A stretch of 64,000 nt of DNA from an uncultured Alphaproteobacteria bacterium (GTDB taxonomy: Bacteria; Pseudomonadota; Alphaproteobacteria; HIMB59; GCA-002718135): positions 1,851-65,850 of the forward strand of contig CACEMP010000007.1 in the NCBI GenBank assembly GCA_902560675.1, read 5' to 3'. Positions 31,386 through 41,126 of this stretch are shown in pieces. A program made the position numbers and the translations under genes. Under the pieces are notes generated by a model that ran no database searches, was not told the origin of the DNA, and saw nothing but the letters and a program-made list of their open reading frames with translations. Numbering within the stretch: the first letter of the stretch is position 1; every line of letters starts with the position of its first letter.

Positions 31386-32177
31386 ATGGAAAATAATATA
31401 GTATGTGCAGATGACTTTGGTTTAACTAAATCAGTAAATAGAGCAATCATTGATGTCTTTAACAAAGGTAATTTAAATCTTACATCATTAATGACTAATA
31501 TGCCTGGAACAAAACATGCGATTGAATTAGCAAAAATTCATAACAAACTTGAGGTAGGTTTACACTTTAATATAACGGAAGGAACTTCAATTGTTGGCAA
31601 AAGTTCTTTGACGGATGAGAGTGCAATTTTTTTTTCGAGAAATAAATTATTAAAGAAAATTTTTTTAGGTCAAATTAAAAAAGAAGACGTACTTATTGAA
31701 TTTAAGGAACAGCTAAACAAATGTTATAATAATAACATAAATATAAAAACTATTGACTCACACCAGCATATTCATTCACTAAATTTTATTTTTAAAATAA
31801 TTTTACCAGAAATAATTAAAAGAAATTTGACAATAAGATCTTGTTTTGCAGAAATTCGATTTTCATTAAGAAGATTTAATCATTTATTATCAAACATATA
31901 TTTGTATAGAAATAGAAATAATATTGTTTTTAGAAACTCTATACTTACTTCTATTTATCACAGTGGAAAGTTTTTTAACGAATTTGATTATGAAAATTCT
32001 TTAAATAAATTTGGCAATAAGTTTAAAAAAACTGAATTAATGATTCATCCATATATAAAACATCAAGATCTGAAGCATTTATATAAGGATACTTATAAAA
32101 TTAAAGAAAGATTTTTAAATAATTGTTTCCATGAATACGAAATTCTCTCAAAAAAAAGTGTTTTTAATTTAAATTAA
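31386..32177 (+). CDS. YdjC/ChbG/HpnK-family carbohydrate deacetylase
   Basis: N-terminal CADDFGLTKSVNRAI, then VGLHFNITEG and DSHQHIH, the metal-binding motifs of the YdjC family. Confidence 0.7.
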   Translation: MENNIVCADDFGLTKSVNRAIIDVFNKGNLNLTSLMTNMPGTKHAIELAKIHNKLEVGLHFNITEGTSIVGKSSLTDESAIFFSRNKLLKKIFLGQIKKEDVLIEFKEQLNKCYNNNINIKTIDSHQHIHSLNFIFKIILPEIIKRNLTIRSCFAEIRFSLRRFNHLLSNIYLYRNRNNIVFRNSILTSIYHSGKFFNEFDYENSLNKFGNKFKKTELMIHPYIKHQDLKHLYKDTYKIKERFLNNCFHEYEILSKKSVFNLN

Positions 32178-32178
32178 A

Positions 32179-33120
32179 ATGTTGAGTAAATTAAAATATT
32201 ATCAGCTAACTACCAAAAATTTAAAAATCATTAATAATTTTTTTAAAACTGAAGATAAAAGTACTAGAATCACTGAAAAATATTTAAATTGGTGGTATTT
32301 AGAAAAAAAATTTTCTGATTCTTCATTTGTTTTTTTAAAATTCAGATCAAGTATTGTATCAATAGCAACAATCAACAACCAGAAAATAAATATTAACAAA
32401 AAATTATATAATATTGGTCTACCGCAGAACGTGATAACAAGTTCACAACATAGAGGAAAAGGTTTTTTTCAGAAAACCTTTTTTGAGTGTGAAAAACGAA
32501 ATACAAAAAAGAATGTTAATCACTACATAACGTTTACAAATAAATTAAGCACTCCAATTTTCTTAAAAAAATTTAATTATATTAAAGGTAAATGTCCTAA
32601 TGTTGTTGTTATACCAATTATTAGTTTTTCTTTTAAAAAAATTAAAATTTCAAAAGTAAAAAAATTTAATACTAATTTTTTATATAAATCTAACAACAAA
32701 GAGATTAATAATTCTATTTATAAGGATAAAGAGTATATGAGATGGAGATATGAAAAAAGTATTTTCAGCGATGTTCATATTTTAGAATTTAAAAAAAATA
32801 ATTTAGTTGAAAGTTACGCAATAATTAAATTTAGTTATAGATATAAAATCAAAGTTTGTTATCTTTTAGATATAATAGGAAAATTTAACATACGAAATTT
32901 AAAAGAATTAAAAAAATATATTTTTAAAAATAAATCTTTTCTTTTATTATTTTTAGACAATGAACAAGTAAAATTCTTTTATAAATATAAAATCAACCTT
33001 AAATTTAAGAATCAATTTAATTTCTTAGTTAAGAATAATTCTAAAAATAATAAATTTGATTTATCTAATATTAACTTTAATTTGAGCTTTGGTGATATAG
33101 ATTTTATTAATTATGCTTGA
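32179..33120 (+). CDS. hypothetical protein with an N-terminal GNAT-like acetyltransferase motif
   Basis: QHRGKGFFQKTF resembles GNAT motif A (Q/RxxGxG/A). Very Lys/Asn-rich and very AT-rich coding sequence. Starts 1 nt after the YdjC-like stop. Confidence 0.35.
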   Translation: MLSKLKYYQLTTKNLKIINNFFKTEDKSTRITEKYLNWWYLEKKFSDSSFVFLKFRSSIVSIATINNQKININKKLYNIGLPQNVITSSQHRGKGFFQKTFFECEKRNTKKNVNHYITFTNKLSTPIFLKKFNYIKGKCPNVVVIPIISFSFKKIKISKVKKFNTNFLYKSNNKEINNSIYKDKEYMRWRYEKSIFSDVHILEFKKNNLVESYAIIKFSYRYKIKVCYLLDIIGKFNIRNLKELKKYIFKNKSFLLLFLDNEQVKFFYKYKINLKFKNQFNFLVKNNSKNNKFDLSNINFNLSFGDIDFINYA

Positions 33121-33227
33121 ATAAATATTAATTTAAAAAGCTTTCCACAAACTTTTTTATATAAACAGCTATTATTTTTTAAAACTAATATAAAAAATGT
33201 AAGATAAAATCTTATTTATTTTTGCCT

Positions 33228-35144
33228 ATGGAATATAAAATCTTAGATAAAATTAACTTTCCATCAGATATTAGAAATTTAGATAAGAAAGATCTAAAAA
33301 CGCTAGCTGATGAGTTAAGACATAGAACTATTGAGACTGTTTCCAAAACTGGTGGCCACCTGGGTGCAGGATTAGGTGTGGTTGAGTTAACAGTAGCAAT
33401 TCATTATGTATTTAATACACCTAGAGATAAATTAATTTGGGATGTTGGTCATCAAGCATATCCTCATAAAATTATTACTGGTAGAAAGAAGAAAATTGAA
33501 ACATTAAGAAAGAAAGATGGTTTATATGGTTTTGTTAGAAGATCAGAAAGTGAATATGATCCTTTTGGTACAGCACATAGTTCCACTTCTGTATCAGCAG
33601 GATTAGGAATAAAAATTGCTAAAGATATAAATAATGATAATGCAAATGTAATCTGTGTTGTAGGTGATGGAGCTTTAAGTGCTGGATTAGCATATGAGGG
33701 TTTAAATAATGCAGGAGCATTAAAGAAACAATTAATTGTTATCTTAAATGATAATAAAATGTCAATTGATAAACCTGTTGGAGCAATGAGTACTTATTTA
33801 GCAAGATTATTATCTTCAAAATCTTATTCAAGTTTAAGAAATTTAATAAAGAAAATAAGTAAAACTCTCCCAGAAAACTTTTCTAACACACTTTATAGAA
33901 CTGAAGAATATTCAAAAGGAATTTTATCTGGTGGAACACTATTTGAAGAATTAGGGTTTTACTACCTAGGTCCAATTGATGGTCATAACATGAAAGATTT
34001 ATTATCTGTTTTAGAAAATTTAAGAGATAATCAATTTGATAAACCAATATTTTTACATTGTATTACAAAAAAAGGTAAGGGCTATAAACCAGCAGAAAAA
34101 TCAGACGACAAGTTTCATGGTGTTGAAAAATTTAATATTGATACAGGACAAATAATAAAAAAATCAAATCAAAAAACTTATTCTTCTGTATTTGGTGAAA
34201 CGTTAACAAAAATTGCAAAAAATGATGAAAAAATAGTAGCGATTACAGCCGCTATGATGTCAGGCACTGGTTTGAAAATTTTTAAAGAAAATTTTGAAGC
34301 ACGATTTTTTGATGTTGGTATAGCAGAACAACATGCCGTGACTATGGCAGCTGGTATGGCAACAGAGGGATTTAAGCCATTTGTTGCTATATACTCAACT
34401 TTTTTACAAAGAGCATATGATCAAATTGTTCATGATGTAGCGATACAGAAATTACCAGTAAGATTTGCGATAGATAGAGCTGGTATGGTAGGTTCAGATG
34501 GTCCTACACACGCAGGATCTTTTGATATAACTTTTTTGTCAACTCTTCCAAATTTTATTGTAATGGCACCAAGTAATCAAGCTGAACTAATAAGAATGAT
34601 AAAAACATCTTCTTTAATAAATGATTTTCCTTCAGCTTTTAGATATCCCCGTGGAACAGATACTTTAACAGGTCAATTTGAAGAACTAAATGAAATAGAT
34701 ATTGGCAAGGGTTATTTTGTTCAAGAGGGAAATGAAATTGCAATTTTAAACTTAGGTACTAGACTAAATGAATGTATTGAAGCTTGTAAGATACTTAAAC
34801 AAAGCGATATCTATCCAACTTTAGTAGATGCAAGATTTGCAAAACCGATTGATACTGAAATAATTGATAAGATTTTAGATAACCACAAATATTTAATAAC
34901 TATTGAGGAAGGTTCAATAGGTGGATTTGCGTCACATGTAATGAATTATATAAACAACGTAAGAGTAAAAAAAACTAAAACAATTATTAAAAATATTTTT
35001 TTTCCTGATAAGTTTATTGAACACATGAAACCAGAAGAACAATACGAAGAGATTAAAATGAATGTAAGTTCAATTGTTGGCAGAATTAGAGAATTACTTG
35101 ATGATAGAATAATAAATATAAATGAATTTAATCATAAAAGATGA
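33228..35144 (+). CDS. dxs: 1-deoxy-D-xylulose-5-phosphate synthase
   Basis: GGHLGAGLGVVELTVA, the ThDP motif GDGALSAGLAYEGLNNAG, and the transketolase-like C-terminus. The track start is TTG at 33222 and ATG is at 33228. Confidence 0.95.
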   Translation: MEYKILDKINFPSDIRNLDKKDLKTLADELRHRTIETVSKTGGHLGAGLGVVELTVAIHYVFNTPRDKLIWDVGHQAYPHKIITGRKKKIETLRKKDGLYGFVRRSESEYDPFGTAHSSTSVSAGLGIKIAKDINNDNANVICVVGDGALSAGLAYEGLNNAGALKKQLIVILNDNKMSIDKPVGAMSTYLARLLSSKSYSSLRNLIKKISKTLPENFSNTLYRTEEYSKGILSGGTLFEELGFYYLGPIDGHNMKDLLSVLENLRDNQFDKPIFLHCITKKGKGYKPAEKSDDKFHGVEKFNIDTGQIIKKSNQKTYSSVFGETLTKIAKNDEKIVAITAAMMSGTGLKIFKENFEARFFDVGIAEQHAVTMAAGMATEGFKPFVAIYSTFLQRAYDQIVHDVAIQKLPVRFAIDRAGMVGSDGPTHAGSFDITFLSTLPNFIVMAPSNQAELIRMIKTSSLINDFPSAFRYPRGTDTLTGQFEELNEIDIGKGYFVQEGNEIAILNLGTRLNECIEACKILKQSDIYPTLVDARFAKPIDTEIIDKILDNHKYLITIEEGSIGGFASHVMNYINNVRVKKTKTIIKNIFFPDKFIEHMKPEEQYEEIKMNVSSIVGRIRELLDDRIININEFNHKR

Positions 35145-35169
35145 TTTATATTATTTTAGTTATATTTTA

Positions 35170-35868
35170 ATGAAAAAGGTAGCAGTACTAATAGCGGCAG
35201 GATCTGGTATGGGCGCAGATGCCGCAAAAAGACTTTCTAGAGATGGCTTTAAGGTAGCAATAATGTCTTCTTCTACAAAGGCAAAAAAATTAGCAGATAA
35301 ATTGAAAGGTATCGGGTATGTAGGATCAAATTTGGATCCAAATAACATAAAAGATTTTTTTAATATCGTATTAAAAAAATGGGGAAGAGTAGATGTTCTT
35401 GTCAATAGTGCAGGGCATGGTCCTAAGGGCAATATTTTGGATATAACTGATAAAGAATGGATCAAAGGCATGGAAATATATTTCTTAAATGTAATAAGGG
35501 CAGTAAGAATTGTTACTCCAATCATGAAAAGACAAAAAAATGGATCGATCATCAATATATCAACATATGCAACATTTGAGCCAGAAAAATATTTTCCAAC
35601 TTCAGGTGTCATGAGATCAGGTCTTGCTTCGTTTTGTAAAATTTATTCTGATGATTATTCTAAATTTAATATTAGGATTAATAATATTCTTCCGGGGTTT
35701 ATAGATAGCCTAAAAACCAAAAAAGAATTTATAGATAGAGTCCCTCTTAAAAGACCTGGAAAGGTAAGTGAAATTTCTTCTGTAGTAAGTTTATTATCAT
35801 CTAAAGAGGGATCTTATATTACAGGTCAAAATATAAGAGTAGATGGAGGTATAACAAGATCAGTATAA
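35170..35868 (+). CDS. short-chain dehydrogenase/reductase (SDR)
   Basis: MKKVAVLIAAGSGMG glycine-rich loop, NSAG, and SGL...K region. The track ORF starts earlier at 35122, inside dxs. Confidence 0.75.
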   Translation: MKKVAVLIAAGSGMGADAAKRLSRDGFKVAIMSSSTKAKKLADKLKGIGYVGSNLDPNNIKDFFNIVLKKWGRVDVLVNSAGHGPKGNILDITDKEWIKGMEIYFLNVIRAVRIVTPIMKRQKNGSIINISTYATFEPEKYFPTSGVMRSGLASFCKIYSDDYSKFNIRINNILPGFIDSLKTKKEFIDRVPLKRPGKVSEISSVVSLLSSKEGSYITGQNIRVDGGITRSV

Positions 35869-35872
35869 GAAA

Positions 35873-36667
35873 ATGCAGAATAAACAAATAGAAGTTTTAG
35901 GTAAGAAATATAGTAAACCAATAAGTTGTCTAACAGCATATTCTCCTGCGGTTGCTAATATTTTAGATGGTTTAGTAGATATGATTTTAGTTGGAGACTC
36001 ACTTGGATCAACTTTATATGGAATGAATAATACGCAAAAAGTTACTCTTGATATGATGAAAGCCCATGGTGAGGCTGTATTTAAAAATGTAAACAAAAGT
36101 ATAAGCGTAATTGATATGCCTTTTGGTACTTATAAAAATACTAAACAAGCATTTAAAAATGCTAAACATTTAATTAGTTTTACTCAAGCAAAATTTGTTA
36201 AATTAGAAATATTAAAAGAGAAAGATGTATCAATTATTAGACACTTATCAGATAAAAATATTAAAGTAATTGCACATATAGGTGTTACTCCTCAAAGCTA
36301 TAAAGATTTTAGTAAAATTAAAGTAGTTGGTAGAAATAAAATGCAAGTCAACAAGTTAGTTAGTTTAGCTAAAAACTTAGAAGATGCAGGAGCTAAACTT
36401 ATTTTGATAGAATGTGTAACTAAAAGAGCTGCCGAAAAAATTACAAATTCAATATCTATACCCACAATAGGAATTGGTTCTTCAAATCATTGTAATGGAC
36501 AAGTTTTGGTTTTTGATGATTTAATTAATTTATCATTTAATAATCACACACCAAAATTTGTAAAAAATTACATTGATTTTAGGAAGATTGGTCGTAATGC
36601 TGTGAAAAAGTTTGTCAAAGATGTGAAAAACAGAAGGTTTCCAAGCAAAAAATATTCTTATAGCTAG
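35873..36667 (+). CDS. panB: 3-methyl-2-oxobutanoate hydroxymethyltransferase
   Basis: LTAYS, VGDSLG, VIDMPFG, HIGVTPQ and ECV motifs. Confidence 0.9.
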   Translation: MQNKQIEVLGKKYSKPISCLTAYSPAVANILDGLVDMILVGDSLGSTLYGMNNTQKVTLDMMKAHGEAVFKNVNKSISVIDMPFGTYKNTKQAFKNAKHLISFTQAKFVKLEILKEKDVSIIRHLSDKNIKVIAHIGVTPQSYKDFSKIKVVGRNKMQVNKLVSLAKNLEDAGAKLILIECVTKRAAEKITNSISIPTIGIGSSNHCNGQVLVFDDLINLSFNNHTPKFVKNYIDFRKIGRNAVKKFVKDVKNRRFPSKKYSYS

Positions 36668-37299
36668 AAAATCTTAATAAATTTTTCTATTTTAAAATCA
36701 TAATTATATAAATCAGCAGTTGAGATATCATACCACAAGCCATGTATTTTTATTTTTTCATTATTGATTGCTTTTTTTACAAAAGGTAAACTTACTAAGT
36801 TTTTAATAGAATTTTGAATACTTAATTTTTCTAATTTTCTGATTTTAATATCTTTCGGATCATTGATGTTTAGCTTTTTATATGCTGGCTTTATAATTTC
36901 AATCCAGTTGTTTAAAAAATTAAATTTACTATTAGATTTGTCACCAGAGAATTTATCAAATGCATATTTAATTCCTCCACAATTTGAATGACCAATAATA
37001 ATTATATTTGGTATTTCTAATTCTTGCACAGAATATTCTAGGGCAGCTAATGTTGAATTTTCATTATTATTTTGTTCGTAACTTGGTATTAAATTAGCTA
37101 TATTTTTATGAATAAAAAGCTCACCAATTTCCGCTTTAAAAAAAGATGTTGGTTGAACTCGGGAGTCACAACAGGAAATTATCATTGCTAGGGGCTTTTG
37201 TTTTTCTTTAGATATCTTTTTATATTGGCTTTTATTATTATCAAAATTAGAATTTTTCCATTCCTGAAATTTTTTTGATAATATTATTGGTAGAGTCAT
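36664..37299 (-). CDS. beta-class carbonic anhydrase
   Basis: Zinc-ligand motifs SCCDSRV and GHSNCGG. Confidence 0.88.
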   Translation of the reverse strand: MTLPIILSKKFQEWKNSNFDNNKSQYKKISKEKQKPLAMIISCCDSRVQPTSFFKAEIGELFIHKNIANLIPSYEQNNNENSTLAALEYSVQELEIPNIIIIGHSNCGGIKYAFDKFSGDKSNSKFNFLNNWIEIIKPAYKKLNINDPKDIKIRKLEKLSIQNSIKNLVSLPFVKKAINNEKIKIHGLWYDISTADLYNYDFKIEKFIKIF

Positions 37300-37347
37300 T
37301 TAATTTAATTATTTTTAATATATTAATTTAATTTAAATAAAAATAAA

Positions 37348-38331
37348 ATGAAACAAATACATAGCAGAAAATTTTGTGTGGCACCAATGATGGGTTATAC
37401 GACACCATATGCAAGAAAACTTTATAGAATATTATCAAAAAACACTTTTTTATTCACTGAAATGATTGCAACTAAAACATTAATAAATTCTAAAAAGCGT
37501 GATTTAATTATTGAAAATGAGGATCATAATCCTGTTGCTTTACAAGTTGGTGGTAGTAATTTAAATGACTTAAAAAAATCATCTAGGATCGCTAATGAAT
37601 ATAATTATGATGAAATAAATCTAAATGTAGGATGTCCAAGTAAAGCTGTACAAAAAGGAAGTTTTGGTGCATGTTTAATGCAGGACAAGAAGCTAGTTAG
37701 GCAATGTTTAGAGTCTTTGCAAAATAAACATATTGAAACTTCAATGAAATGTAGGATTGGTTTGGGTAAAAATTTTAACTATGATTACTTTGAAGAATTT
37801 ATTGATGAAGTTCTTAAAAGTGGAATAAAAATTATTTATGTACACGCAAGAAATGCTATCTTAGGTGGGATTAGTCCAAAAGCAAATAGAACAATACCTC
37901 CCTTAAACTATGAATTTGTTAACAAAATAAAAACAAAGTATCCTAAAATAACTTTTATTTTAAATGGTGGTATTGATAGTTTTGATAAAGCAATTAATCT
38001 ATCTGAAAACTATGATGGAATTATGTTAGGAAGGTTAGTACAAAATAATCCTTTTTTGTTAAAAAAAATAGATGAGGTTTTTTATGGTGGAAATGACAAT
38101 GTTGAAAGTGATGAGAAAATAATATCTTCATATTTTAATTATATTAGGCCCAAATTAGGTCAAGAAACTATATTTAGACTTTTAAGTCCTATATTGAATA
38201 TCTTCTTTGGAATTCCAAATAGTAAAAAATTTAGAATAAAAATAAATTACTATTTAAAAAATAATAATTTAGATTTAATAGAAGATCAATTTATGAAATT
38301 TGTTGTTGATCAAAAATTTGTAGGTAATTAA
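37348..38331 (+). CDS. dusA: tRNA-dihydrouridine synthase A
   Basis: FCVAPMMGYT, NLNVGCPS and HARNA..GGISPK motifs. 327 aa. Confidence 0.9.
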   Translation: MKQIHSRKFCVAPMMGYTTPYARKLYRILSKNTFLFTEMIATKTLINSKKRDLIIENEDHNPVALQVGGSNLNDLKKSSRIANEYNYDEINLNVGCPSKAVQKGSFGACLMQDKKLVRQCLESLQNKHIETSMKCRIGLGKNFNYDYFEEFIDEVLKSGIKIIYVHARNAILGGISPKANRTIPPLNYEFVNKIKTKYPKITFILNGGIDSFDKAINLSENYDGIMLGRLVQNNPFLLKKIDEVFYGGNDNVESDEKIISSYFNYIRPKLGQETIFRLLSPILNIFFGIPNSKKFRIKINYYLKNNNLDLIEDQFMKFVVDQKFVGN

Positions 38332-38865
38332 TCAAAATGGAACATGGTAAGAAAAGTTAATTATTTCGACCCCAGGATTTTTATCAGAAAGATTAGCATT
38401 TGAAATATGTCCAATAGAAAATGATATTCTTCTATTCTCTAAAAGTTTATAAGAAAACTCAAAAGTAGTTCTAAATTGAAGTTCGTTTCCTAAATCTTTT
38501 CCTGAGCCATTATTATAGTATCCTGCACCAAAACTTGGGGTAAATATTAGTTTGTTATCATTGCCAGTAAATAATTTTCCAATATTGTCTTCTAAATAGA
38601 CTCCACCTAAAATATAGGATGCTTGATCACTTGTATATTCAAAACCTACAAATGGTTTAAGATAAAAAAAATTGTCTTGTTCTGGTCCAATATCTACAAT
38701 TGAATTATCAAAACGGAGCTCATATCTAAAATCAGTTGCTTGATTTTTTTGTGAACCATTTAACTTAACATCATAAAAACCTATACCGTATACATGGTAA
38801 TTGTTTGCATTTGTTATTGAGGAGAAACATACAATTATCAACGTAATGAATATAAAGATTTTCAT
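38332..38865 (-). CDS. outer-membrane acyloxyacyl hydrolase (lipid A deacylase PagL-like)
   Basis: Signal peptide MKIFIFITLIIVCFSSITNA, beta-barrel-like alternating pattern, C-terminal GHISNA motif and terminal F. ATG at 38865 is preferred. The track ORF to 38934 would overlap rpoH. Confidence 0.55.
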   Translation of the reverse strand: MKIFIFITLIIVCFSSITNANNYHVYGIGFYDVKLNGSQKNQATDFRYELRFDNSIVDIGPEQDNFFYLKPFVGFEYTSDQASYILGGVYLEDNIGKLFTGNDNKLIFTPSFGAGYYNNGSGKDLGNELQFRTTFEFSYKLLENRRISFSIGHISNANLSDKNPGVEIINFSYHVPF

Positions 38866-38896
38866 GAAGAGTATATTATTTAAAAAAAATAATGTA

Positions 38897-39769
38897 TCAA
38901 ATGAAAAATTCTTTTTCTTGTTGAGAAATTTCAAGAAGCGATTTTTTTAACTTTTCTAAAGCTTTAGTTTCTATTTGTCTTACTCTTTCTTTACTTATTT
39001 TCAAAGTTTTTCCTAACTCATCTAAAGTAATACTTTTTTCTTTAAATTTTCTTAATTTAATTATTTTTTTCTCTCTATCATTAAGAGTATTAATAGCAGC
39101 GGCGATATAATTTTTCTTTACAGAGGTATCATTGATTTCCTCAAGTATTTCCTCAGGATTGTCTCTTTCATCTGCAAGAAGAGACATCAAATCATTATCA
39201 TTTTCACTATCACTGTCTACTTTTTGATTTAAATGAAGATCACCACCTGTAAGTCTGGACTCCATATTTTGTACTTCAATTGATTTAACACTTAACATCT
39301 CAGAAACTTTATCTATTTCAGATTGACCCATAAATTCTCTTGAAACATCATTAATTTGTTGTTTTATTTTTTTTAGATTAAAAAAAAGAGCTTTTTGTGA
39401 TGCTGTAGATCCTGTTCTAACCACAGACCAGTTTTTTAAAATATAGTCCTGAATTGAGGCTCTGATCCACCAGGAAGCGTAGGTGGAAAGTCTAAAGTCT
39501 TTAGAGGTGTCAAATTTGTCTAAGGCATGCATAATACCAAGTACACCCTCATGTATAAGGTCATCTAAAGGTAAACCATAGCTTGAATACTTTCGTGCAA
39601 ATGAAACAGCAAGCCTTAAATAAGAATCTAATATTTTTTGAAGTGATTTAGGATTTTTATTATCTCGCCAATCATTTATTAGACGGAATTCTTCATTTTT
39701 TTCTAAAATAGCTGCTTTTTTAGAAAACTCGACTAATTTACTAGAAAAATTAATAAAACTTTTATTCAT
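38897..39769 (-). CDS. rpoH: RNA polymerase sigma-32 (heat-shock sigma factor)
   Basis: RpoH box QKALFFNLKK, regions 2 and 4 (ERVRQIETKAL). 290 aa. Confidence 0.9.
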   Translation of the reverse strand: MNKSFINFSSKLVEFSKKAAILEKNEEFRLINDWRDNKNPKSLQKILDSYLRLAVSFARKYSSYGLPLDDLIHEGVLGIMHALDKFDTSKDFRLSTYASWWIRASIQDYILKNWSVVRTGSTASQKALFFNLKKIKQQINDVSREFMGQSEIDKVSEMLSVKSIEVQNMESRLTGGDLHLNQKVDSDSENDNDLMSLLADERDNPEEILEEINDTSVKKNYIAAAINTLNDREKKIIKLRKFKEKSITLDELGKTLKISKERVRQIETKALEKLKKSLLEISQQEKEFFI

Positions 39770-39803
39770 ATATATATATTATACGTAGAAATTATAAATT
39801 GGA

Positions 39804-40616
39804 TCAATTAGACTGAAATAATTCTTCAATATCCCCGTTGGGATTAAATAATCCTCCAAAAACTAGTTTATTTGAAAAAGGTTGTTTAAATAGCGTACAA
39901 ACGACTTGGTTTTTTGCTAACTCCAACTCGTTATTACTATTAGATTGATACCCCCTTACAATCCTAATAAAAGTATTGTATGGGTTATTAAATTTAGAAA
40001 AATTTTGGTATCCCCACCAAAAACAGTCATTTTGAGCTGAAAGAGGTCTAGATGTGTCCACACCTCTATTTACAAACAAAATTTTTTTTGATGATGAGTA
40101 TGCTGCATGTTTTAAATTTAAGAAATATTCTTTATGACCTTGATTTCTTATAATTGTCTCATTTAATTTTGATGTCCACTTAGAAATTGATACTGTTCCT
40201 GATGAAGCTATATCTAAAACTTCACTGTTAGAGTAACCATAGGAATTTAAAGTTTTATCAACTCCATGACTAAACATCCAATTGACTATTTCAACAGGGT
40301 TAGGGGCAATATGAAGTTGTAAAATTTTACTAAACATTTCTTCTTGTGCACCCCTCAAAAAAATAATTCCATCAGGTTTTATAAAAAATTTTGACATTAT
40401 TTTAGAACGTAAGTTTAAAAGACTAGTTAGAGTTTCTTTAGATTGGTTACCTAATCCTAATACGTTACCTAAAAAAATGAGTTTATCTCCATCCTTGAAA
40501 TTTTTTAAAATAAAATCTTTTATAGAATTAAATGAATTTAAATTAGAATGAATTGATCCAACAGCCCATATACGGGAAGCATTTTTAAGTTCTACAAAAT
40601 TACTTTCTTTTTCCAA
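39804..40616 (-). CDS. calcineurin-like metallophosphoesterase-fold protein with degenerate metal-binding motifs (probable pseudoenzyme)
   Basis: Spacing matches the PPP/ApaH-type motifs but the ligands are replaced. VGSIHS stands for GDxHG, LIFLGNVLGLG for GDxxDRG, FLRGAQEE for GNHE, and FVNRGV for the HGG region. Only a TTG start is available. Confidence 0.45.
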   Translation of the reverse strand: MEKESNFVELKNASRIWAVGSIHSNLNSFNSIKDFILKNFKDGDKLIFLGNVLGLGNQSKETLTSLLNLRSKIMSKFFIKPDGIIFLRGAQEEMFSKILQLHIAPNPVEIVNWMFSHGVDKTLNSYGYSNSEVLDIASSGTVSISKWTSKLNETIIRNQGHKEYFLNLKHAAYSSSKKILFVNRGVDTSRPLSAQNDCFWWGYQNFSKFNNPYNTFIRIVRGYQSNSNNELELAKNQVVCTLFKQPFSNKLVFGGLFNPNGDIEELFQSN

Positions 40617-40622
40617 TTTATA

Positions 40623-41126
40623 TTATTTTTTATTAAGTATTTGCTCAATTTTTTCAGTAGACTGAAAGTAATCTGTTTTTTCTACTGCGGCAACTTCTCT
40701 TGCCAAACGCTCAATTGCTATTTGGAACATTTGTCTCTCACTATAAGATTGTTCTGCCTGGCTATTTTTTCTAAATAAATCTCTAACTACCTCTGAAATT
40801 CTTAAAGGATCTCCTGAAAAAATTTTACTTTCATACTCTTGTGCTCTTCTGCTCCACATTATTCTTCTAATCTTTGGTTTAAGTTTCAATGTATCATAAA
40901 CTTCATCAATTACTTTTTTAGAAGAAATTTTTCTTAATCCAACTTCTTCTTGTTTTTCTAGAGGAACTCTAATGATAAGTTTTGATTGCTCCATTTTGAC
41001 AACATAAAATTTTGTTTTAATGCTTGAAATTTCCATATTTTCAATTTTTGTTATCTCTCCGACTCCATGTTTAGGATAAACAACTATTTCTCCAATTTTA
41101 AATTCAGTTTTATTTTTCTTCTTCAT
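40623..41126 (-). CDS. carD: CarD/CdnL-family transcriptional regulator
   Basis: FKIGEIVVYPKHGVGEI N-terminal Tudor-like domain. 167 aa. Confidence 0.88.
   Translation of the reverse strand: MKKKNKTEFKIGEIVVYPKHGVGEITKIENMEISSIKTKFYVVKMEQSKLIIRVPLEKQEEVGLRKISSKKVIDEVYDTLKLKPKIRRIMWSRRAQEYESKIFSGDPLRISEVVRDLFRKNSQAEQSYSERQMFQIAIERLAREVAAVEKTDYFQSTEKIEQILNKK

Noticed and set aside
38866-38934. Longer N-terminus of the PagL-like ORF (MKFLNKKKNFSFDTLFFLNNILF...).
   Set aside because: It would overlap the rpoH 3' end by 38 nt. The internal ATG at 38865 gives a canonical signal peptide.
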